A DNA stretch of 64,000 nt from Promethearchaeota archaeon (GCA_030603385.1 JAUVXW010000009.1:1-64000); one strand, 5' to 3'. Counted from the stretch's first letter, positions 29,605-40,230 are shown. Notes: a model not told the origin generated them from the sequence alone. Numbers and translations are program-made.

Positions 29605-30420
29605 TTAATGTGAGAATTTATCCAATCTTTTTTGCAGAACTACTTTACCTACTTGAACTGATTTAAAATAGTGTAGATTGTTTGGGAACTCTTGCAAAAA
29701 ACCATTAAATTCATATATGGACACGAGTGGTATCTGGTTTTCATTTAACTTTATGCTATTATCTTCAAGGGTAACCATTATAGGTATAAGGATGAATGGT
29801 AAATGCCTTTTTATATGGGGTACTTCGCCTAAAATTGATGTAATGAGTTTTGAAAAAGCTTCTGGATTTCGTTTTAATGCCCTAATCCGGTTATATTGTA
29901 GATTTGCAGCCTTGTTAAGTGAGCCATATGAATCTTTACGCTTCCATTGTTTTGCATCTATGATTAAAATATATTTTAAATAAATTCCAATAACATCAAT
30001 CTCAAACTTTTTCTGAGAAACGTTTGATTTTAGTTTTGAACCAGAAAATCTAAAATTAGTTGTTGTGAGATAATTATTTTTTGATAATATTTCTTTTATT
30101 AATACCTCAAAACCACTATAATCTAATATTTCAGAAAGATGTGCAATGTCATATTTCAGGAATTTGATACAGTTAATAATGAACAAAATCTTATCAATTA
30201 CGATATAGTAAATATAATTTCCCTTTTTGAGAGAGATAAATTCAAACCTATCTAAAAAGTTATATAGGTCTGTTTTTCTCATTCCATTAAAAAAAGAAAT
30301 TTTTGAAATTTCACACCATATTTCAGTTATTTTAGGATCTGTTTCTCTTAGAATATAATGAATCTCAGTAAAGAAATCTTGTAGAGAAGAGTCAGAGTAT
30401 AAATTTAACATATATTTCAC
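29605..30420 (-). CDS. PD-(D/E)XK nuclease (Mrr/NERD-like)
   Basis: FE..I..IL, EIDVIG, IIDAKQW. Confidence 0.72.
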   Translation of the reverse strand: MKYMLNLYSDSSLQDFFTEIHYILRETDPKITEIWCEISKISFFNGMRKTDLYNFLDRFEFISLKKGNYIYYIVIDKILFIINCIKFLKYDIAHLSEILDYSGFEVLIKEILSKNNYLTTTNFRFSGSKLKSNVSQKKFEIDVIGIYLKYILIIDAKQWKRKDSYGSLNKAANLQYNRIRALKRNPEAFSKLITSILGEVPHIKRHLPFILIPIMVTLEDNSIKLNENQIPLVSIYEFNGFLQEFPNNLHYFKSVQVGKVVLQKRLDKFSH

Positions 30421-30667
30421 ATTATCAACTTTATAAAATAAACCATAGAGAGTATAGAAGTTCTAGAAAAAACAAGAAATAGAGATATATAAGTAATAAC
30501 CTCTCCTTATAGATAAAAAATTTAAAGGATTACAAGATGTAGTGAGCTTAAATACATTATAATTTTCCTATTTAACATATTAATAATTTAGTTTTTTAAA
30601 TCTTTTGAATATAATAATTCAAAAGATAATTTTTAAATTTATATAAAACACTTTTTTTAGACTAACC

Positions 30668-32467
30668 ATGGACTTATTTCCAAAAGTTTTTAGAACCGAA
30701 GGAGATTTTGCTGAATTTGACTCATCGAGAATTATTGAAAGTATTATAAAAGAAACTGGAATGAGCGAAGCAAATGCTAATAAAATTACAGAACTAGTCG
30801 CCAGAAGGATTATTAGTTCTGGAATACAGTTTCTCTCAGGGCCACATATAAGAGAAATAGTTTGTTCAATACTTTCTGAGCAACACTTTGAAAATGAACG
30901 TAAGTTATATACGAGAATAGGAATCCCTTTAATGGATTATGAAAAAATTCTTGAAACCGGATTTGATCGTCATCCAGAAAAAATAATTAATCCCGAAAAA
31001 ATCCATAATTGGGCTGCGAATCGAATCTCTGAAGAATATGCTCATTTAAAAATTTTAACTAGTGAAGAATCAGCTGCCCATTTATCTGGAGATCTCCATA
31101 TTCATAAGTTAAGATATTTTGATTTAAGGCCTTTAACCCAAATGTGGGATCCTCGTATAATATTAGATCATGGATTACCACCTATAAAAAATTTTATCCC
31201 TTGCTGTAAATTAAAACCAGCTAGCAATCTAAAAGAAGCAATCAATCATCTAGTTAAATGGCTAGCTCTAACTCAAAATGAGTTTTGTGGAAACCAAGGA
31301 TTTAATTACTTAACAATGTTTTTATCACCTTATGCTAAAGGAGTAAACGATTCAGATTTAATTCTTGCAATGACAAACTTAATCTACGAATTAAATCATT
31401 TATCGGTCATGACTGGTAGTACTATTTCTTCTAGTTCAGTCCTAACTTGTCCTACTGTTTTAGAGCCATCTTTAAAGGCTCCTGTTCTCAGTAAAACCAG
31501 AGATCACTATGAAGAATATTATGAAGAATGTTTAAAATTATTTAACGCACTCACAATAGCTTTTAAAGAAGGCGATGATAATAAAAATCCATTTAAATCC
31601 CCAAAGCATGAGATAGTATTAAATAATATCTGGTTAGATAAGTTCAATGATGCGTATCTGAATGTTTGGGACGAAATTGACACTATGAAAACGCCTATAC
31701 TAATAAATTCAAATATCAATTCTTTAAATGATAAAAATAGAGAGTCATTATCTTCAATTAATTTCATTAATTCAGGCATACTTCAAGAAATTTGTATAAA
31801 TCTTCCTCGATTTGCGTATGTCAGTAAAGATGAAGCAAATTTTTTGGAGATTGTTGATACTAATATGAAGATATCTTCTCAGATATTATTAAAAAAATAT
31901 GAAATAATAAAAAAAAGGTTAGAATTGAAACACTTACCGCTATGTAGTGGTATAATCAATAATAAGAAGCTCTATAATCTAGAAAATCAACACTTATCAA
32001 TAAGTTTTATAGGATTAAATGAAGCTGTTAAATTTCTAACTGATTTTGAACTGCATGAACATTCAGATGCATTCAATTTTGGAAAAAAAATCTTAATTGA
32101 GATGAATAAAATATGTTTAGAATCATCTAAAAAAAATAACATGTCATATGTATTAAGTGAAAATATCTCAAAGAAAGCACCGTTTCGTTTTGCGAAATTA
32201 GATTTAAAACATTTTCCAAAAATTGCGATACCTCAATCTAGTGGAGACACATTCTACTATACTAACTCTGCTCATTTTAAAAAAGATGCCGAAATTGATG
32301 TAATAGAAAAGGTTAAGAAACAAGAAGAATATCAAATTTTTATCCAAAATGGAGCAATAGAGTATATCTCATTAAATGAACTCAAAAGAAGTAATCTCAC
32401 TTTGGTAGATTTTATAAAAAAAATATTCATACCGTCTAAACTTGCAAGTTTGAAGTTTAATTCATAA
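30668..32467 (+). CDS. ATP-cone + class III ribonucleotide reductase (NrdD)-like protein, degenerate and C-terminally shortened
   Basis: ATP cone (FDSSRI...IREIV), GDLHIH, INLPR, IGLNEAV, RFAKLD, YYTNS; lacks the Zn site and glycyl-radical loop. Confidence 0.8.
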   Translation: MDLFPKVFRTEGDFAEFDSSRIIESIIKETGMSEANANKITELVARRIISSGIQFLSGPHIREIVCSILSEQHFENERKLYTRIGIPLMDYEKILETGFDRHPEKIINPEKIHNWAANRISEEYAHLKILTSEESAAHLSGDLHIHKLRYFDLRPLTQMWDPRIILDHGLPPIKNFIPCCKLKPASNLKEAINHLVKWLALTQNEFCGNQGFNYLTMFLSPYAKGVNDSDLILAMTNLIYELNHLSVMTGSTISSSSVLTCPTVLEPSLKAPVLSKTRDHYEEYYEECLKLFNALTIAFKEGDDNKNPFKSPKHEIVLNNIWLDKFNDAYLNVWDEIDTMKTPILINSNINSLNDKNRESLSSINFINSGILQEICINLPRFAYVSKDEANFLEIVDTNMKISSQILLKKYEIIKKRLELKHLPLCSGIINNKKLYNLENQHLSISFIGLNEAVKFLTDFELHEHSDAFNFGKKILIEMNKICLESSKKNNMSYVLSENISKKAPFRFAKLDLKHFPKIAIPQSSGDTFYYTNSAHFKKDAEIDVIEKVKKQEEYQIFIQNGAIEYISLNELKRSNLTLVDFIKKIFIPSKLASLKFNS

Positions 32468-32627
32468 AAGATTAAAACATTTAGATCTTTGGGAGAGAAA
32501 AGTAATTATTTAATAGTAATTATTATTTTGAGTATATTAAAGTAATATATTGATTTTGTTATAATCTAAAGAATATAATAAGGTACTTTCTAAAGTATTA
32601 CTTTATAGCTAAGGAGATGGGGATAAA

Positions 32628-34094
32628 TTGACTAATAACAACTCTAAATCGAAAAGGAAACAATCCGATAAAGAAAACGATGATAATAACAAATCCGATT
32701 TAATTAAGGCAATTGTTTTAAGTATATTCGATGAAAAGGGTCCAGCACCTAGAGTTGTTTGGCCCATTGATTTAGATGAGAAAGCTGGGCTTTTAATTGC
32801 AATGAAAACCATCAGTTTACTCATGGGTGATTCAGTTTATCAAGATTCACAAGGTTCAGATGTAGGGGTTAATTATTTTGGTATATTACCGTTTCCAGAC
32901 TTAAAATTAAATGGTTTAACATATTTTTTTCTCATTCCTGAAGAAAAAGCGCGTGGTCAAGCTCTGGCAGCTACTATTACCGTATTAATCAACGAGGATG
33001 ATAGAGTCTTTTTTTATGAGAATATGAAATATTTGAGAATTATTATTGATAAGACCGCTAGCCAGATACAAACAGACAAAGAATTTGATGATCATAAAAG
33101 AATTATGGACGAAATAAGAGATGAATTGTTTGAATTCACTAAGGACTTAAAAGATCCTTTTTCAGTGAGGAGACAAATCAAGGTACTATTAACAGGATTA
33201 GATAAAGCAGGGAAATCAAGTTTTTTAATGGGAATAAGAAGGAGATATTCAGAAATTATAAAGGCTTTACCTACTAGAGGTGTTGAAAGATCAGAGGAAA
33301 ACATTTTTGAAGAGCAAAATTCTGTAATCTCACTTTGGGATCTAGGTGGTCAAAAACAATATCGAGAGAGATTTCTTGAACAAAGTAAACTTTATTTGTA
33401 TAACGTAGATTTAATCTTCTTTTTTGTTGATATTCAAGATGTTGAGAGGATTCAGGAAGCCCTAGAACTTTTTAGGAAGATTACAGATTCTTTAATTGAC
33501 TTGGATGAATTCCCTCCTATTGTAGTTTGCTTAAATAAATTTGATCCAGATCTAAAGGGGTCAAAAGAAATTTTCAAGAATTTGGAGATAATTGCAGATG
33601 AAATTGAGAAGAATTCTGATAGATTTTTAATTAAAATTTTCCAAACTAGTATTTTCAATCACTGGAGCTTAATAAGCGCATATTCCTTTGGTCTTTCACA
33701 ATTAAGTCCTAATCGAGAATTATTCAGGAATCAATTAAAAAAGTTTGCTAAGAAAACAAATTCAGACGCAATATTGTTATTAAATGAAAATGGAATAATT
33801 TTATCTAATTATTCTAAAGATGAAGTTTCTGAAAGAGTATTTGAAATTTCTGCCCCTCATTTTCAAGAACTCTATAAGACTTTCAAAGAGTTTAAAATTT
33901 TACAACAAGATTTTTTAATATCTTCAGGAATCGCTGATGACTCTAAAAAAATAATATTTAAAAAAATTCAGGTCGAAAAATATAATCTATACTTGTTAAT
34001 GTTTATTGAGAAATCTCACCAAATTGAAATGATAGAGAAAAATTTACCAGATTTCTCTAAAAACCTTATAGATATAATTCATACATATATTTAA
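32628..34094 (+). CDS. Longin (FLCN/SMCR8-like) + Rag/Arf-like GTPase + roadblock fusion
   Basis: IKAIVLSIFDEKGPAP, EEKARG; GLDKAGKSS, WDLGGQ, NKFD, TSIF; ILLLNENGIIL roadblock-like segment. Confidence 0.83.
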   Translation: MTNNNSKSKRKQSDKENDDNNKSDLIKAIVLSIFDEKGPAPRVVWPIDLDEKAGLLIAMKTISLLMGDSVYQDSQGSDVGVNYFGILPFPDLKLNGLTYFFLIPEEKARGQALAATITVLINEDDRVFFYENMKYLRIIIDKTASQIQTDKEFDDHKRIMDEIRDELFEFTKDLKDPFSVRRQIKVLLTGLDKAGKSSFLMGIRRRYSEIIKALPTRGVERSEENIFEEQNSVISLWDLGGQKQYRERFLEQSKLYLYNVDLIFFFVDIQDVERIQEALELFRKITDSLIDLDEFPPIVVCLNKFDPDLKGSKEIFKNLEIIADEIEKNSDRFLIKIFQTSIFNHWSLISAYSFGLSQLSPNRELFRNQLKKFAKKTNSDAILLLNENGIILSNYSKDEVSERVFEISAPHFQELYKTFKEFKILQQDFLISSGIADDSKKIIFKKIQVEKYNLYLLMFIEKSHQIEMIEKNLPDFSKNLIDIIHTYI

Positions 34095-34123
34095 TAAAAA
34101 AAATAAAATTTATTTAGTTTTTA

Positions 34124-35368
34124 TTAATATCCTCCTTTGTTTCTCCTAATCCTTGTTATGAGAATTATTGTAATTAATACAGCAGCTATTCCAATTCCAA
34201 TAAACACAAGAAATAATAATGGAAATTGCTCTAAAGGTAACAAGTTTGACTCTATAACAGTTATATCAACGTCGTATCTATAAGTAAAGCTTGCTGATGG
34301 TGGATAGCCAAAGATGGGATTTCCGAACTCACTTACAGTGAAGTAAGGAGGAAGGAAGAAATTCGCCCCTACATTTAGATTAAAGCGAAGAAAATCAATT
34401 CTATTAAAATAGTTTGTTCCCCAAGTAGGATCACAAACAATCCACCCTATATTTGGAACGTAATATTCAACCCAAGCATGTCCTAACATGTTACTGGCTA
34501 ATTCTGAAACGTAGAAGCTCCATGAGTTACCCACCTGTGGTCGTAAAGCGGGATTATTAGATATTAAGAATCCTGTTACTTTACGAGCAGGAATATCTTG
34601 TATCCGTAATAGTGTAATCATCAAACTCGAATATTCACTACAGTCTCCTTGTGAGTTGTTATAAGCCCATGAAGCACCCATTTCCTGAAGTGGTAAACCT
34701 CCATTATAATTTAGGTTATTATAAACCCAATTATATATTTTTTCCGCTTTTTCAATAACACTTATATTTGTTGGGCCAACTATGCTATTAGATAAAAAAA
34801 TTAAATCTGGATCATCTCGCTCATAATAAGGTTCTGTATTATTACAGTATAAATCAAAAATCTCGTCTGACTTATCATATATACCAATATCTGTTTCTTG
34901 TATGTCTTGAAAACTGATAGCGTTTAATTCAATTATATAATGTTGGCTTAATGTTACTTTTCCTTCAGCCCCTAAAGTTGCATTGAATAAATCATATGTA
35001 TTATTAAATTGGTCATTGTGTCCCATATCAAGTACTGAATATCCTGTAATACTGTTATATAAAATCTCGCTCTCTTGATAAGGTGGTGTATATTGAGTCT
35101 CTGTAACGTTTGGCATCCTATTATTTAGTCGTGCAAATTTAAAATAATAATTATTGCCAGGACCTGATTGATGAGTCAAAGTAAAATTGATCTCAACATT
35201 ATATTTTACACTTTGAGTAATGTCATAATTAGAAACACCATAATCTGGTGATGAAATGAAAGGGTTGGTATACGAAACAGTAGAAAGTAATGGGGCTGTT
35301 GAATAGGCTGAAAATGCTATAGGGAAGAAAAGCAAATATATTAAAGCAAACTTAGCTTTAGCTTTCAT
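34124..35368 (-). CDS. Membrane-anchored secreted transglutaminase-like protein
   Basis: Signal peptide; Cys-His-Asp triad (GDCSEY, HAWVE, CDPTW); C-terminal TM followed by basic tail. Confidence 0.87.
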   Translation of the reverse strand: MKAKAKFALIYLLFFPIAFSAYSTAPLLSTVSYTNPFISSPDYGVSNYDITQSVKYNVEINFTLTHQSGPGNNYYFKFARLNNRMPNVTETQYTPPYQESEILYNSITGYSVLDMGHNDQFNNTYDLFNATLGAEGKVTLSQHYIIELNAISFQDIQETDIGIYDKSDEIFDLYCNNTEPYYERDDPDLIFLSNSIVGPTNISVIEKAEKIYNWVYNNLNYNGGLPLQEMGASWAYNNSQGDCSEYSSLMITLLRIQDIPARKVTGFLISNNPALRPQVGNSWSFYVSELASNMLGHAWVEYYVPNIGWIVCDPTWGTNYFNRIDFLRFNLNVGANFFLPPYFTVSEFGNPIFGYPPSASFTYRYDVDITVIESNLLPLEQFPLLFLVFIGIGIAAVLITIILITRIRRNKGGY

Positions 35369-35569
35369 TCTTAAAATTGTAGAATATGATTATTTTTTAT
35401 AAAATGTATAAAACTCTCGACTTATAATTTTATTTCTTTAGTAATTAGATGAAATTGATATCTTAGTTTTTATTCGGATATTTTTATTATTGTTAATTTT
35501 TATGTTTTTAATGAGAAAAGTAATTTTGATTTTTACATATCTTAACGAAAAAGTCAGGTTGAGGAATCT

Positions 35570-36205
35570 ATTATATACAAAACGTTTTTAATCGATGGGG
35601 ATAATGGAATTTCGATTTTTGAAGCAACCTTTAAAGAATTAAAAAAAATTCAAGACCAAATATTAACTGGATTTTTTAATGCTATTAATAAAACAATTGA
35701 CGCGATACAAGAATCTATGGCAAAGGGAAGACGAGTAAATGAGATGAATAGAGTTGTAGAATCTGAAGATTCAACAATTTTTATATATTATCATCCTTTA
35801 TCTAGAGTTCTTTTTTGTTCGATTTCAGATGCTGATGATGATACAGAGAAAATAAAAGAAGTAATTCATAAAATTGCCAATAGATTTTGGAAAAAACACC
35901 AATCGGATCTTAAAGTTTTCAGAACTACAAATGAAAAAAGTAGGTTCCAGACTTTAAATGCAGATATTGAGAATCTTACCATAGGAGGAAAAATAGCAGA
36001 GGTATTTCCGAAATTACTTATTGCTAAAAACGTATTAGAAAAAGTTTTGACTATGGGAATGATTAATAATTTTGAATTTCAAGTTGCATTGTTATGCACA
36101 GGGAAAAATTCTCCACTGAAGATTTCGAGAAATCTACATAAAAAAAGAAATGAAATCTATGATGCTCTTAAGAAATTAGAAAATTTGGATATTATAAGGA
36201 TGTAA
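35570..36205 (+). CDS. Longin-like domain + C-terminal winged-HTH protein
   Basis: The frame extends upstream of ATG 35717 (IIYKTFLIDGDNGISIFE...ILTGFFNAI) to ATT 35570 after GAGG; ends with HTH-like SPLKIS..L......IY..LKKLE...II. Confidence 0.68.
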   Translation: MIYKTFLIDGDNGISIFEATFKELKKIQDQILTGFFNAINKTIDAIQESMAKGRRVNEMNRVVESEDSTIFIYYHPLSRVLFCSISDADDDTEKIKEVIHKIANRFWKKHQSDLKVFRTTNEKSRFQTLNADIENLTIGGKIAEVFPKLLIAKNVLEKVLTMGMINNFEFQVALLCTGKNSPLKISRNLHKKRNEIYDALKKLENLDIIRM

Positions 36206-36341
36206 AAATTACATTCTTCTATTTCCAAAATATATTAAGCTAAATGATGAATGTATCTTCTAATTTGGATTTCATCTAAATAGAAAAAAATAAAAGTTTT
36301 CTTAGTTTATCAAAACTACATTATATAATAATGTGATAATT

Positions 36342-36941
36342 ATGAAGAGTAAAACGGAAATCATTGCTACTGTAAAAAGTCCCGCTAAAGGTTCATATTT
36401 GAGGCAAGGTGTAGGTTTCTCTTTAAAGGAAATAAAGGAATCAGGGAGACATATTAATCAATTAAAAGATCTGAGAATTAACATAGATTATTTTAGAACA
36501 TCTGCTCACCCTGAGAATATTGAAATACTAAAAAATTTAAAAATACCAAAGAAAGAAAGAAGAAAGAGAAAACCATTTATCCAAAAAGAGAAAAGAAGAA
36601 CTCCTTTCAAACCTAAGAAAGAAAAACCCAAAGTTGTGCCCAAAAAAGTTATTAAAAAAGCACCTAAAAAACCCGTAGTTAAGGAAAAACTAAAACCAGT
36701 GAAAAAGGAGAAAGTAAAACCTGTCAAAGCCGAGAAAATTAAAATCGAAGAAAAAGGGACTCCCTTAACCGATTTACCTGGATTAGGTGCTGCCACAGCA
36801 AAAAAATTCATTGAACTTGGAGTTAATACAATAGAAGAGCTTTGTAAGGAAAGCCCCGATGAATTAGCAACGTTAATCAAAGGAGTGTCTGTTGATAGAT
36901 TAAAAAATTGGATTGAAGAAGGTAAAGAGATCATCAAGTAG
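36342..36941 (+). CDS. rpl13e: Ribosomal protein L13e-like domain + Lys/Pro-rich linker + helix-hairpin-helix domain
   Basis: RQGVGFSLKEIKESG...ID..R.S.H.ENIE.LK resembles archaeal L13e; LTDLPGLG...AKK is HhH. Confidence 0.7.
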   Translation: MKSKTEIIATVKSPAKGSYLRQGVGFSLKEIKESGRHINQLKDLRINIDYFRTSAHPENIEILKNLKIPKKERRKRKPFIQKEKRRTPFKPKKEKPKVVPKKVIKKAPKKPVVKEKLKPVKKEKVKPVKAEKIKIEEKGTPLTDLPGLGAATAKKFIELGVNTIEELCKESPDELATLIKGVSVDRLKNWIEEGKEIIK

Positions 36942-37087
36942 TATTATTAATTCTTCTAATTCTTCAAACTCTAATTACACCTTTATTAAAAAGGTCTTTT
37001 CAAATATCAGAAGTTTTATAAATACCTAATTTATTTTAGAAATAAGTTTATTTAATAATTCAAAAATCAAACAAGACAAGTACAAAC

Positions 37088-37579
37088 ATGGAATATAATT
37101 ATTATGTTTACAATAAAGCAGAGTGTAATATAACAATTAATAAAATGCCAATTTGGTTTAAAGAAATAGAATATGAAGGCGATGAGAATAATGGATACAT
37201 TATCATGCACTCCCAAAATGATTGTGATGAGATTTGGGGGCCAAACACCAAACTTGAAATAAAATGGGAAAAAAGAGAAAGGATGAATCTTTTTTACTAT
37301 AAAGAAGTAGAAAAGAGTATTGAAACTTATAATGCGATTGGCATTGTGGTTACTAAAAAGGAAAGAGATTGGTTAATGAGTCATGAATTTACATTTTGGT
37401 TTGGGCAGCGAAGGAAGATGATAAGAAAGAGATATTACGTTGAAAAAGTAATACATGGTATTTTTTATTGTGAAATTACTGAACGATTATTTAGTATTCA
37501 TACTTCTATAATAGAAAGTATGTATGAAAATTACAAGCCAAACATAATAAAATCATACAATTCTGTTGAATGTCATTAA
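37088..37579 (+). CDS. Hypothetical protein
   Basis: 163-aa ORF with normal composition and spacing. Confidence 0.7.
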   Translation: MEYNYYVYNKAECNITINKMPIWFKEIEYEGDENNGYIIMHSQNDCDEIWGPNTKLEIKWEKRERMNLFYYKEVEKSIETYNAIGIVVTKKERDWLMSHEFTFWFGQRRKMIRKRYYVEKVIHGIFYCEITERLFSIHTSIIESMYENYKPNIIKSYNSVECH

Positions 37580-37582
37580 AGT

Positions 37583-38323
37583 TTATCTTTTTTGAGCGAA
37601 TAAAAAAAAGTTATCGTTATTATTTGGACCACCCATTATTTTAAACTCTTTAACATCAAAAATCTTTAACAATTTTTTTATCTCTCGTTTGGAGAAAAAG
37701 TGATAAAACCTATTATATGCTTTATTTTCTCCTGAAAGTTTCCATGGGATAAATCTATCGCCTGACTCTTTCAATCCTGCCATCTTCTGCTGTTCATTAT
37801 GCTTAAAACTAAACCTTCTTTTAAATCCATCCAAAAGAAAATAACCTCTATATTTTCTTTGCCATTTACGCCACACTGTAATAACTAAATTACCATTTTT
37901 TTTTAGTATTTCATTGGTTTGTGTCATCAAATCCTTTCTATCAGATTTATTTTTGATATGGTGAATTGTGGCGATTGAGTAAATATTTTGGATTGAATTT
38001 GTTCTAATTGGTAGATACCTTATATCCGCAAGAAGAACTTGAATTAAATTCGATTCAAGTTTTGAATAACGATCGGAATTTCTTAAATCACTACAAACAA
38101 TTTTTAAGAATTCAAGTGATATATCAATGCCGATTAATTTTTTTGGATAAGTTCCTAAAATTTTAAAATTTCTGCCATTAGCACATCCTAAATCCAAACA
38201 AATTCCATTAAAATTATAACCCTTTTTATTTAAAAAATTTAGAAAAAACTCAAGTGGTCTCCATGGTTTTCTTCTTTTTGAATGATAGTCTTTAGCAATC
38301 TGGTTATAGTTATGGCCCTCCAT
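37583..38323 (-). CDS. SAM methyltransferase, Trm9/ALKBH8-like (putative tRNA modification)
   Basis: YNQIA.DY...R.KPW, LDLGCANGR, SIATIHH, RFYHFF. Confidence 0.75.
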   Translation of the reverse strand: MEGHNYNQIAKDYHSKRRKPWRPLEFFLNFLNKKGYNFNGICLDLGCANGRNFKILGTYPKKLIGIDISLEFLKIVCSDLRNSDRYSKLESNLIQVLLADIRYLPIRTNSIQNIYSIATIHHIKNKSDRKDLMTQTNEILKKNGNLVITVWRKWQRKYRGYFLLDGFKRRFSFKHNEQQKMAGLKESGDRFIPWKLSGENKAYNRFYHFFSKREIKKLLKIFDVKEFKIMGGPNNNDNFFLFAQKR

Positions 38324-38418
38324 GAAATGAAAACGTTTTATTTCTTTATGACATATAAATGTTAATAAAGTTATATAATTTTCAATATATAATAGTGAAT
38401 ATGTTAGGAAATTAGGAA

Positions 38419-40188
38419 ATGGAAGAGCGCGTTATTTTTCTCACTAAGTTTACACAATTGTTGAGGAATGAAGTCTTAGATTATTATGATAAATCTCATT
38501 TGTATTTAAAGGATCTTGTCTCATACAAAGATATTGATTTAAGAAAAGATCCAACCAAAGAAAACGAAGAAAGTTTAAGAAATACACTTATAAAGATGTT
38601 AAAGGCAATAAAAACTGGTTTAAATACGATTGGAGTACCAATAAACAAATTATCTAAAATACAGAATAACTATTTGAAAGAAATTAGTAAAAAAAGAACA
38701 GAACTGCATGATTATGACTCTTATCTTAAAATATATTTCAAAGAATATATCAATAAAATATTATTTGAAATCTTAATTGAATATTTATTGGATTTAGACG
38801 TACAAAAAATTGAAACTTTAAAACTTTTTAAATTAGCACCTCAAAGTTTCATTGATAAATTACATAAATTTAAAATAACATATGTAGATTCGAGGACTAA
38901 AACTTTTATTACTTTCCCAGGTATTGAAGAAAATTTAAATTTTTCAGATTTATCTATTAATATAAAAGCATTCAATGTGAATCCAAAAAAGACCTTCAAC
39001 TCCACCATGAAAAAAGAGGAAGAAATAGATAAACGAGAAGAGAAGATCAGTGAAGAACCAAATATTTTAGCACAGTTACAAGAAGCTAAGAAGGATTTTA
39101 TTGAGACTTTAAAAACTCCAAAAAAAGAACTATTAAAACCTTCACTGGAACAATTGGAAAATTTTATACCTGAAGAAAAGCCAACAAAAACTATGGAAAA
39201 AATCAATCAGACCCCTTCTTTAATAGCCCAAAACAACTTAACCTCCTTTAAATCTGTACCAAGAGATTTGACTTTCAAGTCGCAAAAAGTGAATTTTCTT
39301 GATAATTTTGGCAACTTACCCCCTGTAAATCTTGAAATTCTTAATAAATTTAAAATTAATATTGGCAATCTTTTAAATTCAAGAGTAGTTAATCCAGATT
39401 TTATAGATTTAGAAAATCTCTTTTATTACATATCTATTTTGAAAATGGCAAACATAAAATTTCCTTTTACTTCAATAGAGATATTAAATTTTCTAAGGAA
39501 CCATATAACTGAAATGATTTTTAGCTTTTCAAGAAATACGATGCCAGATTCAATTAACATATTTTATGGTCTTTCAATTGTTACTGAATTGAAATTAATC
39601 CATAAAACTAACATCATTAACCTTCACGCTACTGAAGAATTTCTTAAAATGGAATTGAAGGAGTTTATACCTGAGAAATTAAAAATGAATTACTACACTT
39701 TACTTTGCTTAAAACTGCTAGCAAAAAGTGAAATAATATCAACACGCAAAGATGCTTTATTAAATCAAGTGTTAAATTTAGATATATTGAGTATGAGAGG
39801 ATTTAACCCAACATTAGATATTTATAATCAACTAGCTATTATCAATAGTCTGGACAAAAATGTGAAGCTTACTGGATTTATCGTGCCTTATATGAATGCA
39901 CTTAAAAGAATGTTAACTTCAAAAGGTTCCATTGATGATTCAATAACGGAATCTGCCAAGACATTATTAATTTTAGTTATTTTCGGTTTAAAAGAGCAAG
40001 AATCAGTATTGTGCAGTCGTTTACTCAATTACATTATAAAGTCTACAGATTTCTTTAATCTAGAAAATCTAGATAAAGATTTTAATTGGCGTATTGACAA
40101 ATTAGCATATAAAATAGAATTAAGAATGTTATTTTGGGCATTATTAGCTTGTTCTCAGTATTCTCCCGATAATTTGTTAAATCTTTGA
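38419..40188 (+). CDS. Hypothetical helical protein
   Basis: 589-aa ORF; no motif recognised. Confidence 0.7.
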   Translation: MEERVIFLTKFTQLLRNEVLDYYDKSHLYLKDLVSYKDIDLRKDPTKENEESLRNTLIKMLKAIKTGLNTIGVPINKLSKIQNNYLKEISKKRTELHDYDSYLKIYFKEYINKILFEILIEYLLDLDVQKIETLKLFKLAPQSFIDKLHKFKITYVDSRTKTFITFPGIEENLNFSDLSINIKAFNVNPKKTFNSTMKKEEEIDKREEKISEEPNILAQLQEAKKDFIETLKTPKKELLKPSLEQLENFIPEEKPTKTMEKINQTPSLIAQNNLTSFKSVPRDLTFKSQKVNFLDNFGNLPPVNLEILNKFKINIGNLLNSRVVNPDFIDLENLFYYISILKMANIKFPFTSIEILNFLRNHITEMIFSFSRNTMPDSINIFYGLSIVTELKLIHKTNIINLHATEEFLKMELKEFIPEKLKMNYYTLLCLKLLAKSEIISTRKDALLNQVLNLDILSMRGFNPTLDIYNQLAIINSLDKNVKLTGFIVPYMNALKRMLTSKGSIDDSITESAKTLLILVIFGLKEQESVLCSRLLNYIIKSTDFFNLENLDKDFNWRIDKLAYKIELRMLFWALLACSQYSPDNLLNL

Positions 40189-40230
40189 ACTGATAAAGAG
40201 ATTGAATTAAGCCTAATTTAAATTGAATCC

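Noticed and set aside
29605-30420. PD-(D/E)XK nuclease as part of a defence island
   Set aside because: Solitary gene with no DNA methylase, ATPase or other defence neighbours.
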